Assembly: GCA_046757965.1 (NCBI GenBank)
Contig: JBHHZI010000001.1
Location: 25,112-89,111, forward strand
DNA length: 64,000 nucleotides
Direction: 5' to 3'
From: Acidobacteriota bacterium
GTDB lineage: Bacteria > Acidobacteriota > Polarisedimenticolia > SMYD01
The notes under the pieces are model-generated. The model searched no databases. It saw only the letters and a program-made list of their open reading frames with translations, and was not told where the DNA came from. Within the stretch, counting starts at the first letter, position 1; each line of letters begins with the position of its first letter. Shown here one piece after another: positions 8,671 to 18,402 of the stretch. A program made the position numbers and the translations under genes.

Positions 8671-9501
8671 ATGAGTGCCTCGAGCTGGTCGCTTTACCTG
8701 TTCGACCCCGAGGACCGGGCCTACCGCAGGCCCTGGGCGTCGATGCTGCCGGCTCCGTTTCACGAGGTCACCATCGTGGATTCTTTCTTCCAGAGGAGCG
8801 GGGGCAGGGCTCGCGACGGTGTCGTCGTCGTCCACGCCTCGCGCCTGCCTGACGAGAAGCGACGCGGCGATCTGGTCAGCAACGCCAGACAGATGAATCT
8901 TCACCTGGTTCTCATCTCTGGTGGGCATCAGTCAGAGCCGGCGCGTGACAACTGGGTCTATTTCCGCCGCCGCCCGGTTCGCATGCGCGACATCGACGAG
9001 GAGTTTGTCGACTGCTTCGCCCGCTTCTGGCACCATCTTCGGTCCACCGATGAGTTCCGCTTCGAGCTTCTCGAACCGGCGCGAGACATGGTCCGGGTGC
9101 TGGTCGTGCTCTGCCAGGGCTATCTTCTCGCCCACGTGCGGCGCGACCCGCTGCGCCTCGAACTGCCGGGGGAGTCTCACGCGGTGTGTGACCAGGGGCT
9201 CGCAGCGTTGAACCGTCTCGGGCTCGACACGGCCCTGGCGACCCCCCCGGCGCCGGATAGCGTCTCCGAGCTGCTCGAGGAGGAGATGGGAGAGCTCGTG
9301 GACTCCGCCGACTGGTGGTCACCGGTCGATGTGCCGCGGCTTCGCCACGAGCTGGCGACTCTCGACATGAACGATGTGAACGTCCGGCGTCTTGTCGCCG
9401 GAATCGACGCGGAACTCTCCGTTGCTCCGGCCGTGGTGGTCGCGGCGTACTGCGTGCTCGAACAACACCTGCGCGCGAGTCTCCGGCCGCAGAGGGCCTG
9501 A
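8671..9501 (+). CDS. Uncharacterized protein (about 276 aa) in the same apparent operon
   Basis: ORF in the same orientation 80 nt after the preceding gene. Start ambiguous between 8608, 8647 and 8671. No recognizable motif. Confidence 0.5.
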   Translation: MSASSWSLYLFDPEDRAYRRPWASMLPAPFHEVTIVDSFFQRSGGRARDGVVVVHASRLPDEKRRGDLVSNARQMNLHLVLISGGHQSEPARDNWVYFRRRPVRMRDIDEEFVDCFARFWHHLRSTDEFRFELLEPARDMVRVLVVLCQGYLLAHVRRDPLRLELPGESHAVCDQGLAALNRLGLDTALATPPAPDSVSELLEEEMGELVDSADWWSPVDVPRLRHELATLDMNDVNVRRLVAGIDAELSVAPAVVVAAYCVLEQHLRASLRPQRA

Positions 9502-9777
9502 TGCCGACGGCGAGCGACCGGGCCGCCGGCCTGCCGGTCCGCCAGCATCTGGTGCCCGTTCCGTCAGCCCGGGAGCGGCACAGGCGGAGATCCCGGCGGC
9601 GGAATTATCGGCGGACCACTCCGGTTCTTCAGGATGAGAACGACCGTTCGCCATGCCACCGTTCGCTCCCCTGCCGCACCGCGCGATGCGGCCGCCTCGA
9701 CCGGCGCCGGACGGGCCAGAGGGGGACATCCGACGGCGGTGGAGCTGGCCAGGACAGGCCGATGAGCCGATGACCTG

Positions 9778-12700
9778 ATGAGAAGACGGACTCGCTTGGC
9801 CCTCATCGCCGGAGGGATCCTGACAGGGCTCGTGCTGGCCCTGGCCCTCGTGCTGCCTTCCTTCATCGATGTCAACCGATACCGTGGCGAGTTCGAGACC
9901 CGGATCGGCGCCATGCTCGGCCGGGATGTGCATCTCGGACAGATGCAGCTGCGATTCCTGCCTGATGTCGTCATCGACGTGCGCGACCTTGGCATCGGCG
10001 CCCTGCCGTCGGAGGGCGAGGGCGACCTGCTCACCGCGGCTCGCCTGCGTCTGGGCGTGCGGCTGCTGCCGCTACTTCACGACAAGGTCGAGATCACATC
10101 CGTGCGACTGGAGAAGCCCGTACTCATCGTGGACCGGGACGCCAGTGGCGCGTTCAACATCGAGCGACTGATCGCGGCCGGCCCGGAACAGGAATCTCCC
10201 GACAGCGCGGCCGGTGACACGACGAACTTCGCGGTCGATTCTCTGTACATCACCGGCGGCACACTCACCATCAGAGACTCGGCACTGGCGCCGGGCCGTA
10301 CCCTCACCCTGGGTCTCGAACAGATCGATGCCCAGGTGAACCATCTGGCTCCTGATCGCCCCGTGGAGGTGAACCTGACCACGCGGCTGGCCGGGCAGCC
10401 TGACGCACAGGTCGAGATCCAGGGGTCTGCCGGACCGCTTCAGCCTGATGCGGGCCACCCGTTCACCGCCGATCTGCGTGTGGAGCTGTCGGGGCTCGGT
10501 CTGGAGCCTCTCGGCCCCTGGTGTGAGGCGCTCACCGGCTTCTCCCTCCCCCCGGGAACGCTGGGATTGATCGGTGCCGCCCGGTACGCGGGACCGGACG
10601 ACGGTGACCTGTCGCTGGAGTCACTCGACATCGATCTGGGCCGGTCGCACCTGGCGGCCACCGGAACCGTTCACCTGGCCTCGGGTTCCATCGAGGCCGG
10701 CGTGACCGCCCGCGAGATGGAGATCGACCCCGATGAGGTCCGGGATCTTCTGGGCGGTGTCGGAGTGGCGTGGCCCCTGCCGCCGGATGTCGTCGGTAAG
10801 GCGCCGGTGACCGGAAGCGGGACCGTCCGGTTGCAACTGGACCGATCGGGACCGCGGCTTGCGAGCCTGTCGGCGAAACACGTCAAGATTGCCGGCGGCG
10901 AGATCAACCTGCGCCGCCACGCCGATGGCGCATGGAATATCGCGTCCCTGTGGGAAGCGGACGGGGTCAGTCCCAAGGCGACCACACCTCCTCGCCTGGA
11001 GATCGAAGGCCTTCATGTCAAGGACACGCGCCTGCGAATCCGCGACGATCTGACACCGGGCGCCCACCCGGTCGTGATCACCGACCTCGACATCACACTC
11101 GACTCGTTGCCCGTGGCGGCACCGGCACGGGTGAGGCTCAGCGCGGCCGTGGACCCGGGCGGGGGCAACCCGGCGCCCATCGGGGCGGAAGGCACCATCG
11201 GGCCGGTGGGCGACGACGGGGTCGTGCCGGTGAACCTGACCGTCCGGGCCAGCCACTTTCCTGTCGCGCCACTCGGGCCGTACGCGGAACCCTACCTGGC
11301 GGTGGAGACAACCGCCGGCATGGTGAACCTGGAGGCCAAGGTCAAGGGACGGGTGCCGGAAGCGTTCGACAGTTCCGGTACCATCGACCTTGACCAGCTC
11401 GTCGTGACGCTCGCCGGGCCGACAGGGTCGAGCAGGCCCACCCACCTCGACCTGGGCATCGCGTTCGATCTCACCGCCACCCACGGCGCAGACGACGTGA
11501 CCTTCCGTGACCTGACGGTGACGACAGGGGATGAGTCCCTCGGCATGTCAGGTCGCCTAGACAGATCCGGCGGGACGATGCGAGTCGATGCCACCCTGCG
11601 ACCAAGTACCATCAGCGCCGACCGGATCGCGGAGCTACTGGCCATGTTCGACTACGATCCCGGCTTCTCTTTTTCTTCCACCCGGCCGGTGCAGCTGGAG
11701 GGACGCCTGACCGGACCGCTGAGCGGCCCCACCGCACCGACCGTCACGGGGCGGCTCCGCCTCGACGGGTTCACGTTTCGCCACCCGGTGATGACAGCTC
11801 CCATGGAGAAGGTCCGCGCCACGATCCAGGTGGACGGAGAGCAGGTCAGCATCGAGGATTTCTCCGGCGCCATCGGTGGCAGCGATCTGTCCGGGAATGC
11901 CACGCTCTCGGGATTTGACGCACCCGATGTCCGGTTCGACCTGCACTCGCGACACGCCGATTTCTGGGAATTGATGTCGTTTGTCAGCACCGATACGACG
12001 ACCCCGGCAGCACCCCAGGCCCGTGGCACCGACGATGCCAGCGCTCTCCTGGACGCCGTCACGGCGCAGGGCAAGCTGACCATCGACGACGGGTCCTTCC
12101 AGGCCCTGGCGTTCTCCAGCTTGTCCGCCGGTCTGGGTCTGCGTGGCCAGGTCATCACGCTCGATCCCCTGGAGATGGACCTGTACGGCGGACACTTCAC
12201 GGGCAACGCTCGCCTGGACGAGACGGTGACGCCGCCCCGCTTCCGGATCGTGACCACCGCCACCGATGTCGATGTCTCACCGCTCCTGGCCGACAACCTC
12301 GACCTCGGCGACCTGCTGTCGGGACGTTTCTCGGGTCAGGTGAGTGTTCGCGGGGCCGGGACCGACTACGACACGATCGTCTCGGGTCTGACAGGAGACG
12401 GCAAGGTCGAGATCCGGGATGGTCGCGTCGGTCAGCTCGATGTTCTCGGCATTCTCTCGAAGGCCTCCGGCGTGTTCGGCGAGCAGACTCTGCAGAAACT
12501 CTCTCGCAAGATCGAGAAGGAGGGCACGGAGTTCAGCCGCATGACAGGGAGCCTGGAGCTGTCCAGCGGAACGCTGCGCAGCAACGACCTCCGACTGGAC
12601 TCGCCGGACGTGACGATCCGGGGCAAGACATCCGTCGATCTCCTGGGTGCAACCATGAACGGCAAGTTCAAGGTCCTGCTGTCTGCGGACCTCAGCCGGT

Positions 12701-13452
12701 CGATGCGGCAGGAGAAGAGCCGGGCCGCCGAGGTGTTCTGGGATTCGCACGAGGAGCGGGTGAATGTGCCGCTGGCACTCTCAGGACCGTTCGCCTCGCC
12801 GTCTCCGAACATCGACTGGAAGACGGCCACCCACAATCTCGCCCGCACCAAGGGGCGCGAGGCGCTGAAGAGCCGTCTCGGAAAGTTCGGGGCTCTCCTG
12901 GATCGAGACAAGGGAGCCAGTTCCGCACCGCAAGCGTCCAGCCCCCAGGCAAGTTCAGGAACCCCCACCGCCGGAATCACCGCGGGCGACAGTTCCCGGT
13001 CGGCGCTGACCGGTGCCGGTCCGCCGTCGGCGCCACGACCCTCTTCAGCCCAGGCAGCCACATCCGGCTCAGAAGCCCAGACCACTCCCCTCCCCGGCAG
13101 CGGGCCCACCCCATCAACTGCCCGGACACCGGCCGGCACGCCTCCTGCCATGACCATCGAGATCACACGCACCCACTGGAGCGGCAACTTCCTGCTCAAA
13201 TCCCTGGTCGTGGAGGGGCGAGCCGTCGGTGCCACCATCGATCATCTCAGCGCCCAGGTCACCGACGCGTCGGGACGCACCATCCAGACCTTTGACCGGG
13301 TCGAGGCCGGCCCACCGGCGCCCTCGCGATCCTGGTCCTTCAAGGTCTCCGGCAAGAAACTGGTCGGCGGGCACAGCCCCTTCACCGTGCGCATCGTCGC
13401 CCATGACACGGCCGGCACCACCACCGAGATCACCACCCAGGTTCGCCGCTGA
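9778..13452 (+). CDS. AsmA family outer-membrane biogenesis protein, with an N-terminal TM anchor and a long low-complexity C-terminal extension
   Basis: N-terminus MRRRTRLALIAGGILTGLVLALALVLPSFIDVNRYRGEFETRIGAMLGRDVHLGQMQLRF is the characteristic AsmA N-domain. Repetitive beta-rich body. An SAPQASSPQASSG low-complexity linker. Confidence 0.85.
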   Translation: MRRRTRLALIAGGILTGLVLALALVLPSFIDVNRYRGEFETRIGAMLGRDVHLGQMQLRFLPDVVIDVRDLGIGALPSEGEGDLLTAARLRLGVRLLPLLHDKVEITSVRLEKPVLIVDRDASGAFNIERLIAAGPEQESPDSAAGDTTNFAVDSLYITGGTLTIRDSALAPGRTLTLGLEQIDAQVNHLAPDRPVEVNLTTRLAGQPDAQVEIQGSAGPLQPDAGHPFTADLRVELSGLGLEPLGPWCEALTGFSLPPGTLGLIGAARYAGPDDGDLSLESLDIDLGRSHLAATGTVHLASGSIEAGVTAREMEIDPDEVRDLLGGVGVAWPLPPDVVGKAPVTGSGTVRLQLDRSGPRLASLSAKHVKIAGGEINLRRHADGAWNIASLWEADGVSPKATTPPRLEIEGLHVKDTRLRIRDDLTPGAHPVVITDLDITLDSLPVAAPARVRLSAAVDPGGGNPAPIGAEGTIGPVGDDGVVPVNLTVRASHFPVAPLGPYAEPYLAVETTAGMVNLEAKVKGRVPEAFDSSGTIDLDQLVVTLAGPTGSSRPTHLDLGIAFDLTATHGADDVTFRDLTVTTGDESLGMSGRLDRSGGTMRVDATLRPSTISADRIAELLAMFDYDPGFSFSSTRPVQLEGRLTGPLSGPTAPTVTGRLRLDGFTFRHPVMTAPMEKVRATIQVDGEQVSIEDFSGAIGGSDLSGNATLSGFDAPDVRFDLHSRHADFWELMSFVSTDTTTPAAPQARGTDDASALLDAVTAQGKLTIDDGSFQALAFSSLSAGLGLRGQVITLDPLEMDLYGGHFTGNARLDETVTPPRFRIVTTATDVDVSPLLADNLDLGDLLSGRFSGQVSVRGAGTDYDTIVSGLTGDGKVEIRDGRVGQLDVLGILSKASGVFGEQTLQKLSRKIEKEGTEFSRMTGSLELSSGTLRSNDLRLDSPDVTIRGKTSVDLLGATMNGKFKVLLSADLSRSMRQEKSRAAEVFWDSHEERVNVPLALSGPFASPSPNIDWKTATHNLARTKGREALKSRLGKFGALLDRDKGASSAPQASSPQASSGTPTAGITAGDSSRSALTGAGPPSAPRPSSAQAATSGSEAQTTPLPGSGPTPSTARTPAGTPPAMTIEITRTHWSGNFLLKSLVVEGRAVGATIDHLSAQVTDASGRTIQTFDRVEAGPPAPSRSWSFKVSGKKLVGGHSPFTVRIVAHDTAGTTTEITTQVRR

Positions 13453-13567
13453 CAGGTGACGCCGGTCGGCGCGATCGCGCCGACCCCTCGTCGACGGCGA
13501 GGGTGCATGGTAGTGTGCCGGACCGGCAAGATCTGTTTCTCTCCAGGGCCGGCTCCGCCGAGAACAC

Positions 13568-15496
13568 ATGACCCTCACTCCGGATCTCATCATGGCGCTG
13601 GCAGCGCTGGCCATCGTGGCCCTGGCGGCCGACAAGGTCGGGGCCTTCTTCGGCCGGCTGCGACTCCCTCTGATCACCGGTTTTCTGTTCACCGGTGTCC
13701 TGGCCGGGCCACACGGTCTCGATCTGATCCGCAGCTCCGCGATCGGTCATCTCCATGTCGTCAGCGAGACGACCATCGCCTTCATCGCGTTCGCCGCCGG
13801 CTCGGAACTGGATCTCGGCGACCTCAAGCACCGGTTGAGAAGCATCCGCTGGGTGTCCACGGGGCTGGTCGTGGTCACCTTCAGCAGCACGGTTGTCGCG
13901 ACGCTGCTGGTAGCGGACGCTCTGCCGTTTGCCCGCGCGCTGCCGGCCACCGAGCGGTGGGCCGTGGCACTCCTCGCCGGCGCCGTTCTCGTGGCGCGTT
14001 CTCCGTCGTCCGCCATCGCGGTGGTGAACGAGCTGCGGGCGCGGGGCCCGTTCACCGGCATGGTGCTGGGCGTCACCGTCGTCATGGACGCGGTGGTCAT
14101 CGTCCTCTTCGCCGCCAGCTCGTCAATGGCCGACGCCTTGCTCGCCGGACAGGCGTTCGATCTCCAGGTCCCCCTGCTTGTGCTGGGCGAGATCGTGGTC
14201 TCTCTCGGGCTGGGGTTCCTGCTCGGCAAGGTCCTGCCGTCGCTGGTGGGCGGGTCGCGCCATCAGACGGTTCGTGCGGGTCTCCTTCTGGCCACGGGTC
14301 TTCTGAACTTTTCCGGGGCCGATCTGGTCCGGACCCTCAGTCGCGCTCGACTGTCGGTGGACATCCTCATCGAACCGTTGCTGGTCTGCATGGTGGCGGC
14401 GTTCGTGTCCACGAACTTCACATCGCACACCGGCAGGGTCCGGGAGGTCGTCGAGTCCGCCGGACCGACCGTGTAGGTGGTCTTCTTCACGCTGGCAGGG
14501 GCATCACTGGATATCGGCGTTCTGGCAGGAACCTGGCAGGTCGCCCTGATCCTGTTCGGCGTCCGGCTCGCATCCATCGTCGTGGGGTCGGCGGTGGGTG
14601 GCATGCTGGCCGGGGACCCCGCCCGCTTCAATCGCGTCGGCTGGATGAGCTTCGTCACCCAGGCGGGCATCGGGCTTGGACTGGCGGAGGAGATCGCTGG
14701 CGAGTTCCCGACCTGGGGCGGCTCCCTCTCGGCCGTCATCGTCGCCATCATCGTCATGAACCAGGTTGTCGGGCCTCCCCTGTTCAAGTGGGCCCTGCAC
14801 CTGGTCGGAGAGGCCCGCTCTGTCGACGACGTCGCCCGCGACCGCGACCTCTCCCGGGCGGTGATCGTGGGGTGGGACGCGCAGGCCATCGCCGTGGCCC
14901 GGCAGCTCACCGTCCACGGCTGGGAGGTCGCTGTCGCCTCTCGCAAGGTCAACGCGGAAGAGGCAGTGCCAGGTTCTCCGGCCACACTCACACCGCTGTC
15001 GGACCTGACCACCGAGGGTCTGCGCGCTGCCGGCGCGGACCGTGCAGACACCCTCGTGGGTCTGCTCACGGACGAGGAAAACACGCACCTCGTGGAGATG
15101 GCGCGGGCCTCGTTCCCGTCGGCTCACCTGGTCGTGCAGATCCATGATCGAGACCGGGCCGCGACCCTGGCAGGTGATGGTGTGGTGGTCATCGACCCGG
15201 AGACGGCCATCGTGAATCTACTGGACCACCTGGTGCGCACGCCGGCAGCGACCTCGCTCCTGCTCGGTGAGGACCCGGGGCAGGACGTCACGGATCTGCA
15301 GGTCGGCAACGTCGCGCTCCGGGGCGTGGCGGTGCGCGATCTTCATCTTCCGCTGGACATCCGGGTGCTCTCGATCCAGCGCCGCGGCGCCCGCCTCATT
15401 TCCCATGGACACACCCGGCTCGCCGTCGGAGATCAGGTCACCGTGGTCGGGAGTGCGGCGAGTCTGCGCGAGGTGGCGTTCCTGTTCGAGTCCTGA
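13568..15496 (+). CDS. Monovalent cation:proton antiporter (CPA2/Kef-type) with RCK_N and RCK_C (TrkA) domains; the single reading frame is interrupted by an in-frame TAG at 14474-14476
   Basis: The two ORF-track pieces 13568..14476 and 14477..15496 are in the same frame, separated only by TAG. The sequence is continuous across it, PTV-TAG-VVFFTLAGASLDIG, which matches the conserved Kef motif LLLGLFFIAVGMSIDFG. The C-terminal half has RCK domains. Confidence 0.75.
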
Positions 15497-15597
15497 GAAG
15501 CGGACCCGTCACGGGCGAGCACGCGGGATCCACTCTCTCCGCCCCCTCGCCTGATGGAGATCGCCAGGCATCTCGCTCGATGACGATCCTGGCCAGC

Positions 15598-17274
15598 TCA
15601 GCGGGTCCGTCCATGGGACCGGCGATGCGAGCGGCTCGTGCGCGGCACACCGGAACTCGGTCCCGGGAGCCGATGCGGTGGCGTCGTCAGAGTCGCCGGT
15701 CCCGGGGCTGGAATCGAACGGGGTGAGCTGACCGTCTGCCCATCACCGGCGAGGAGGCGGTCGATGAGTGCGCGGGCGGCGTCGATGAGGGCCTGGGCGT
15801 CGGCCGGATCGATCTTCTTGCCACTCTGCGCCTCGACCGCGTGGATGAAGGCCACGAGATTGTTGATGGCGACCTCGGTCTGGCCGGCGAGGAGCTTTCG
15901 CAATGCGTTGTCCAGCTTGGCCAGCAGACTGATGGCGGTTCCGGGGCGGAGCCCCAGGCTATCCACCAGGGCCTGCAGGTCCGCCAGCTCGTCGGCCGGG
16001 GTTCGGGCGAGCTGGAACTCGAACGACCCCACGTCGCAGATCGCCAGACCATCGCCGTCCCCGTCCACCGGCCGAGGGCCACCTGCCTGATCGGCATCGA
16101 GGGCCACGCCTCCGGGATCCATGCATCCGGCCGGATCTCCCGAATCCACCGCCAGGCTGCCAGGGAGCGGCGCGTAGGTCTGTGTTGGCCCACCGTTGTC
16201 GGCGAGCGGCCCGAGAATCTCGGTGAACGTGACGGCAGGGTCGACCTCACGATCGCCCGCACCGGTCACCGGACAGCCGGCACCCAGCCCGAAGAGATTG
16301 TAGTCGTCCGAGAGAACGAAGCCGGAACAGTCTCCCGACACGTTGGCGAGGACGATGCTGTTGGCCACGCGGGTCAGTCCAAATGCCCGCACACCGCCGG
16401 TGAACAGGGTCGACATGTTCTCGCTGACCGTGGTGTTGGCCATCTCGAGAACGGACCCCGAGGCGGTGAAGACACCACCCACCGACAGCGCCTCGTTGCG
16501 GGCGACGGTGCTGTTGAGAACCGTCCCCACGGCTGACGGGTTCAGCACCAGGCCGCCACCCAGGCCACGGACGGCGACATTGTGGCTCAGGGTGCTGTCG
16601 AGAACGACGGCACTCCCCGACGAGCCGATGAACAGACCGCCTCCATTGTCGGCCGAGTTGTGAACGATGGCGGCACGGAGGAGCGTCACGGTGCCGACGG
16701 TGGAGAGAATACCGCCGCCCGAACCATTCACCATGTCGAAGTCGCGAATGACGCTGTCGGCAACGATCAGGTCACGGCGTGCGCCGGTGAATCCACTTCC
16801 CTGCAGGTCGACGCCCCGGAATCCTTCCTGCCGGCTGTCACCTGCCAGGGTGAGCGCCGTGAGCGCCACCTCGATATCGGCGGCCGAGGGATCCACCGCG
16901 ACCGGCGTCGATGCCCGGCCCGCCGCGAGGATCAGAGTGGCACCGGCGCCGGCGCCGGCGATCTGCAGCGACTCGCGCAGAGCGCCGAGTCCGTCCACTC
17001 GCGCGAGGTCCGACGGCAGGAGCGCGTAGGTCCCCGGCCCGAGAACGACGACGTCGGCACCGATCTGTCCCGGCGCGCAATCCAGAGAACCCACGGCGCC
17101 GTTGGTGTTGGCCGACAGGACCGCCTCGTCGAGAGTACAGACGCCATCGCCGACATCACCGAGTCCGGAGAACGGCTGGACCGAGGTGACAATGATCTCG
17201 GCCGCAACAACGCGGGACGACATCCCGGCGGTGAGCATGACGGCGGACAGAAGAGCAACGGCGAAAGGCCGCAT
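15598..17274 (-). CDS. Secreted right-handed parallel beta-helix repeat protein (choice-of-anchor-Q-like domain)
   Basis: Signal peptide MRPFAVALLSAVMLTAG. Repeated NS/GG-rich beta-helix rungs. LADNGGPTQTYAPLPGSLAVDSG motif. Start at ATG 17274, with GGAGG upstream on the minus strand. Confidence 0.75.
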   Translation of the reverse strand: MRPFAVALLSAVMLTAGMSSRVVAAEIIVTSVQPFSGLGDVGDGVCTLDEAVLSANTNGAVGSLDCAPGQIGADVVVLGPGTYALLPSDLARVDGLGALRESLQIAGAGAGATLILAAGRASTPVAVDPSAADIEVALTALTLAGDSRQEGFRGVDLQGSGFTGARRDLIVADSVIRDFDMVNGSGGGILSTVGTVTLLRAAIVHNSADNGGGLFIGSSGSAVVLDSTLSHNVAVRGLGGGLVLNPSAVGTVLNSTVARNEALSVGGVFTASGSVLEMANTTVSENMSTLFTGGVRAFGLTRVANSIVLANVSGDCSGFVLSDDYNLFGLGAGCPVTGAGDREVDPAVTFTEILGPLADNGGPTQTYAPLPGSLAVDSGDPAGCMDPGGVALDADQAGGPRPVDGDGDGLAICDVGSFEFQLARTPADELADLQALVDSLGLRPGTAISLLAKLDNALRKLLAGQTEVAINNLVAFIHAVEAQSGKKIDPADAQALIDAARALIDRLLAGDGQTVSSPRSIPAPGPATLTTPPHRLPGPSSGVPRTSRSHRRSHGRTR

Positions 17275-17646
17275 GTTCCGCCTCCCAGTTTCGGCGGGGG
17301 TTAGGGTGCGTCCGTTCTCCCGATCCTCAAGCTGGGCCCTCGTCGCTCTCGATGCAACCCTTTGACCCATAAAAATTTACGGTGTAACGACTTGGTCAGT
17401 GATGTGACGCTGTCGTACTGTCGTTCGGAGCCTGAACGCGCGATCAGATCCCGAAGTGGCGACCCGGGAACACCCGCGGCGAGCCTGTCCGCGGCCTCCC
17501 GGCATCACCCTTCAATGTCACCGGCCAAGGGAGTAGAATGAGCCCCGGAAATCTTGCCGGATTCGTCCGGGATGAATGGACGTCGCGGGTGCGGCCCACC
17601 AGCCTGGAAGCGCGAATCTGGACGGGTGAGAAGGGATCAGAGAGAG

Positions 17647-17850
17647 ATGGCACAAGGCACGGTGAAGTGGTTCAACGATGCAAAGGGATTCGGTTTCATC
17701 AGCCTGGATGATGGTTCCAGCGATGTGTTCGTGCACCACTCGGCCATCCAGATGGACGGCTTCAAGACCCTGGCCGAGGGCCAGAAGGTCGAGTTCGACG
17801 TGGTCGACGGCCCGAAGGGGCCTGCGGCGGAGAACGTCCGTCCGATCTGA
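17647..17850 (+). CDS. cspA: Cold-shock protein CspA family
   Basis: [18 protein letters not shown] ... VFVHHSAI ... [10 protein letters not shown], with RNP1/RNP2 motifs. A roughly 270-nt upstream untranslated region is typical of csp genes. Confidence 0.95.
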   Translation: MAQGTVKWFNDAKGFGFISLDDGSSDVFVHHSAIQMDGFKTLAEGQKVEFDVVDGPKGPAAENVRPI

Positions 17851-17979
17851 TCCCGGTGCGCCCGCCTGAGCCGCCGCGCGGCGATAAGACGGCGACCCTC
17901 GAGATCGGTATTGCAATTCCCCCGGGGTCGCCCGGGTGCCCCCCGGCCCGGGCGTTTCATCCGGCACCACGCCCCGGCG

Positions 17980-18237
17980 TCAGGGCGTGATCAAACCGCC
18001 GGTCCGGAAAGCGCTCGTGTCCCCGTCCATCTGCGAGCCCACGGATGTGCCACACGAGGCGCAACGGTATTCGAACTTGTTGCCACCCGGCAGGACGAGC
18101 AAGAGGCGCTTGCGCACCGGGCGGGAAGACTTGCAGCGAGGACAGTACAGTTCGCTGGCTTCCAGCGAGCGGTAGGACGACGGATCGCGCGGCTGCATTG
18201 TTCTCTCCATCTCGACAGACTCCAGGCCGGTCTCCAT
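17980..18237 (-). CDS. Small zinc-ribbon protein (85 aa) with two CxxC pairs (YCPRCKSS ... YRCASCGT)
   Basis: Minus-strand ORF with GGAGG 10 nt upstream of ATG and plausible high GC3. It lies in the gap between cspA and the kinase gene. It overlaps only a non-homologous 5' extension of the plus-strand kinase ORF. Confidence 0.5.
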   Translation of the reverse strand: METGLESVEMERTMQPRDPSSYRSLEASELYCPRCKSSRPVRKRLLLVLPGGNKFEYRCASCGTSVGSQMDGDTSAFRTGGLITP

Positions 18238-18402
18238 TATGACACGGCCTCCCGGTGTCCGGACCCACCCCGGGGCCACACGTCCCCGGCGGCCAGCCAC
18301 CATCGCCGCCGCGCCATGAGTGCCCGGATGGACACGGGGGATGTAGAATGCTCGCGCCCGACGGGATGCAGTGACGCGACCCGGTCGAGGGGGGGCTTTC
18401 CG

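Noticed and set aside
13568-15496. Calling the Kef antiporter halves two separate genes or a dead pseudogene
   Set aside because: Same frame, single TAG, continuous conserved motif across the junction, and no other lesions. Retained as one CDS with a recoding or readthrough caveat.
17911-18402. 5' extension of the kinase ORF (upstream of GTG 18403)
   Set aside because: Not homologous to kinase N-termini and Arg/His-rich. It overlaps a better-supported minus-strand zinc-ribbon ORF. The kinase most likely starts at VTLSNGPRLGPYEII.
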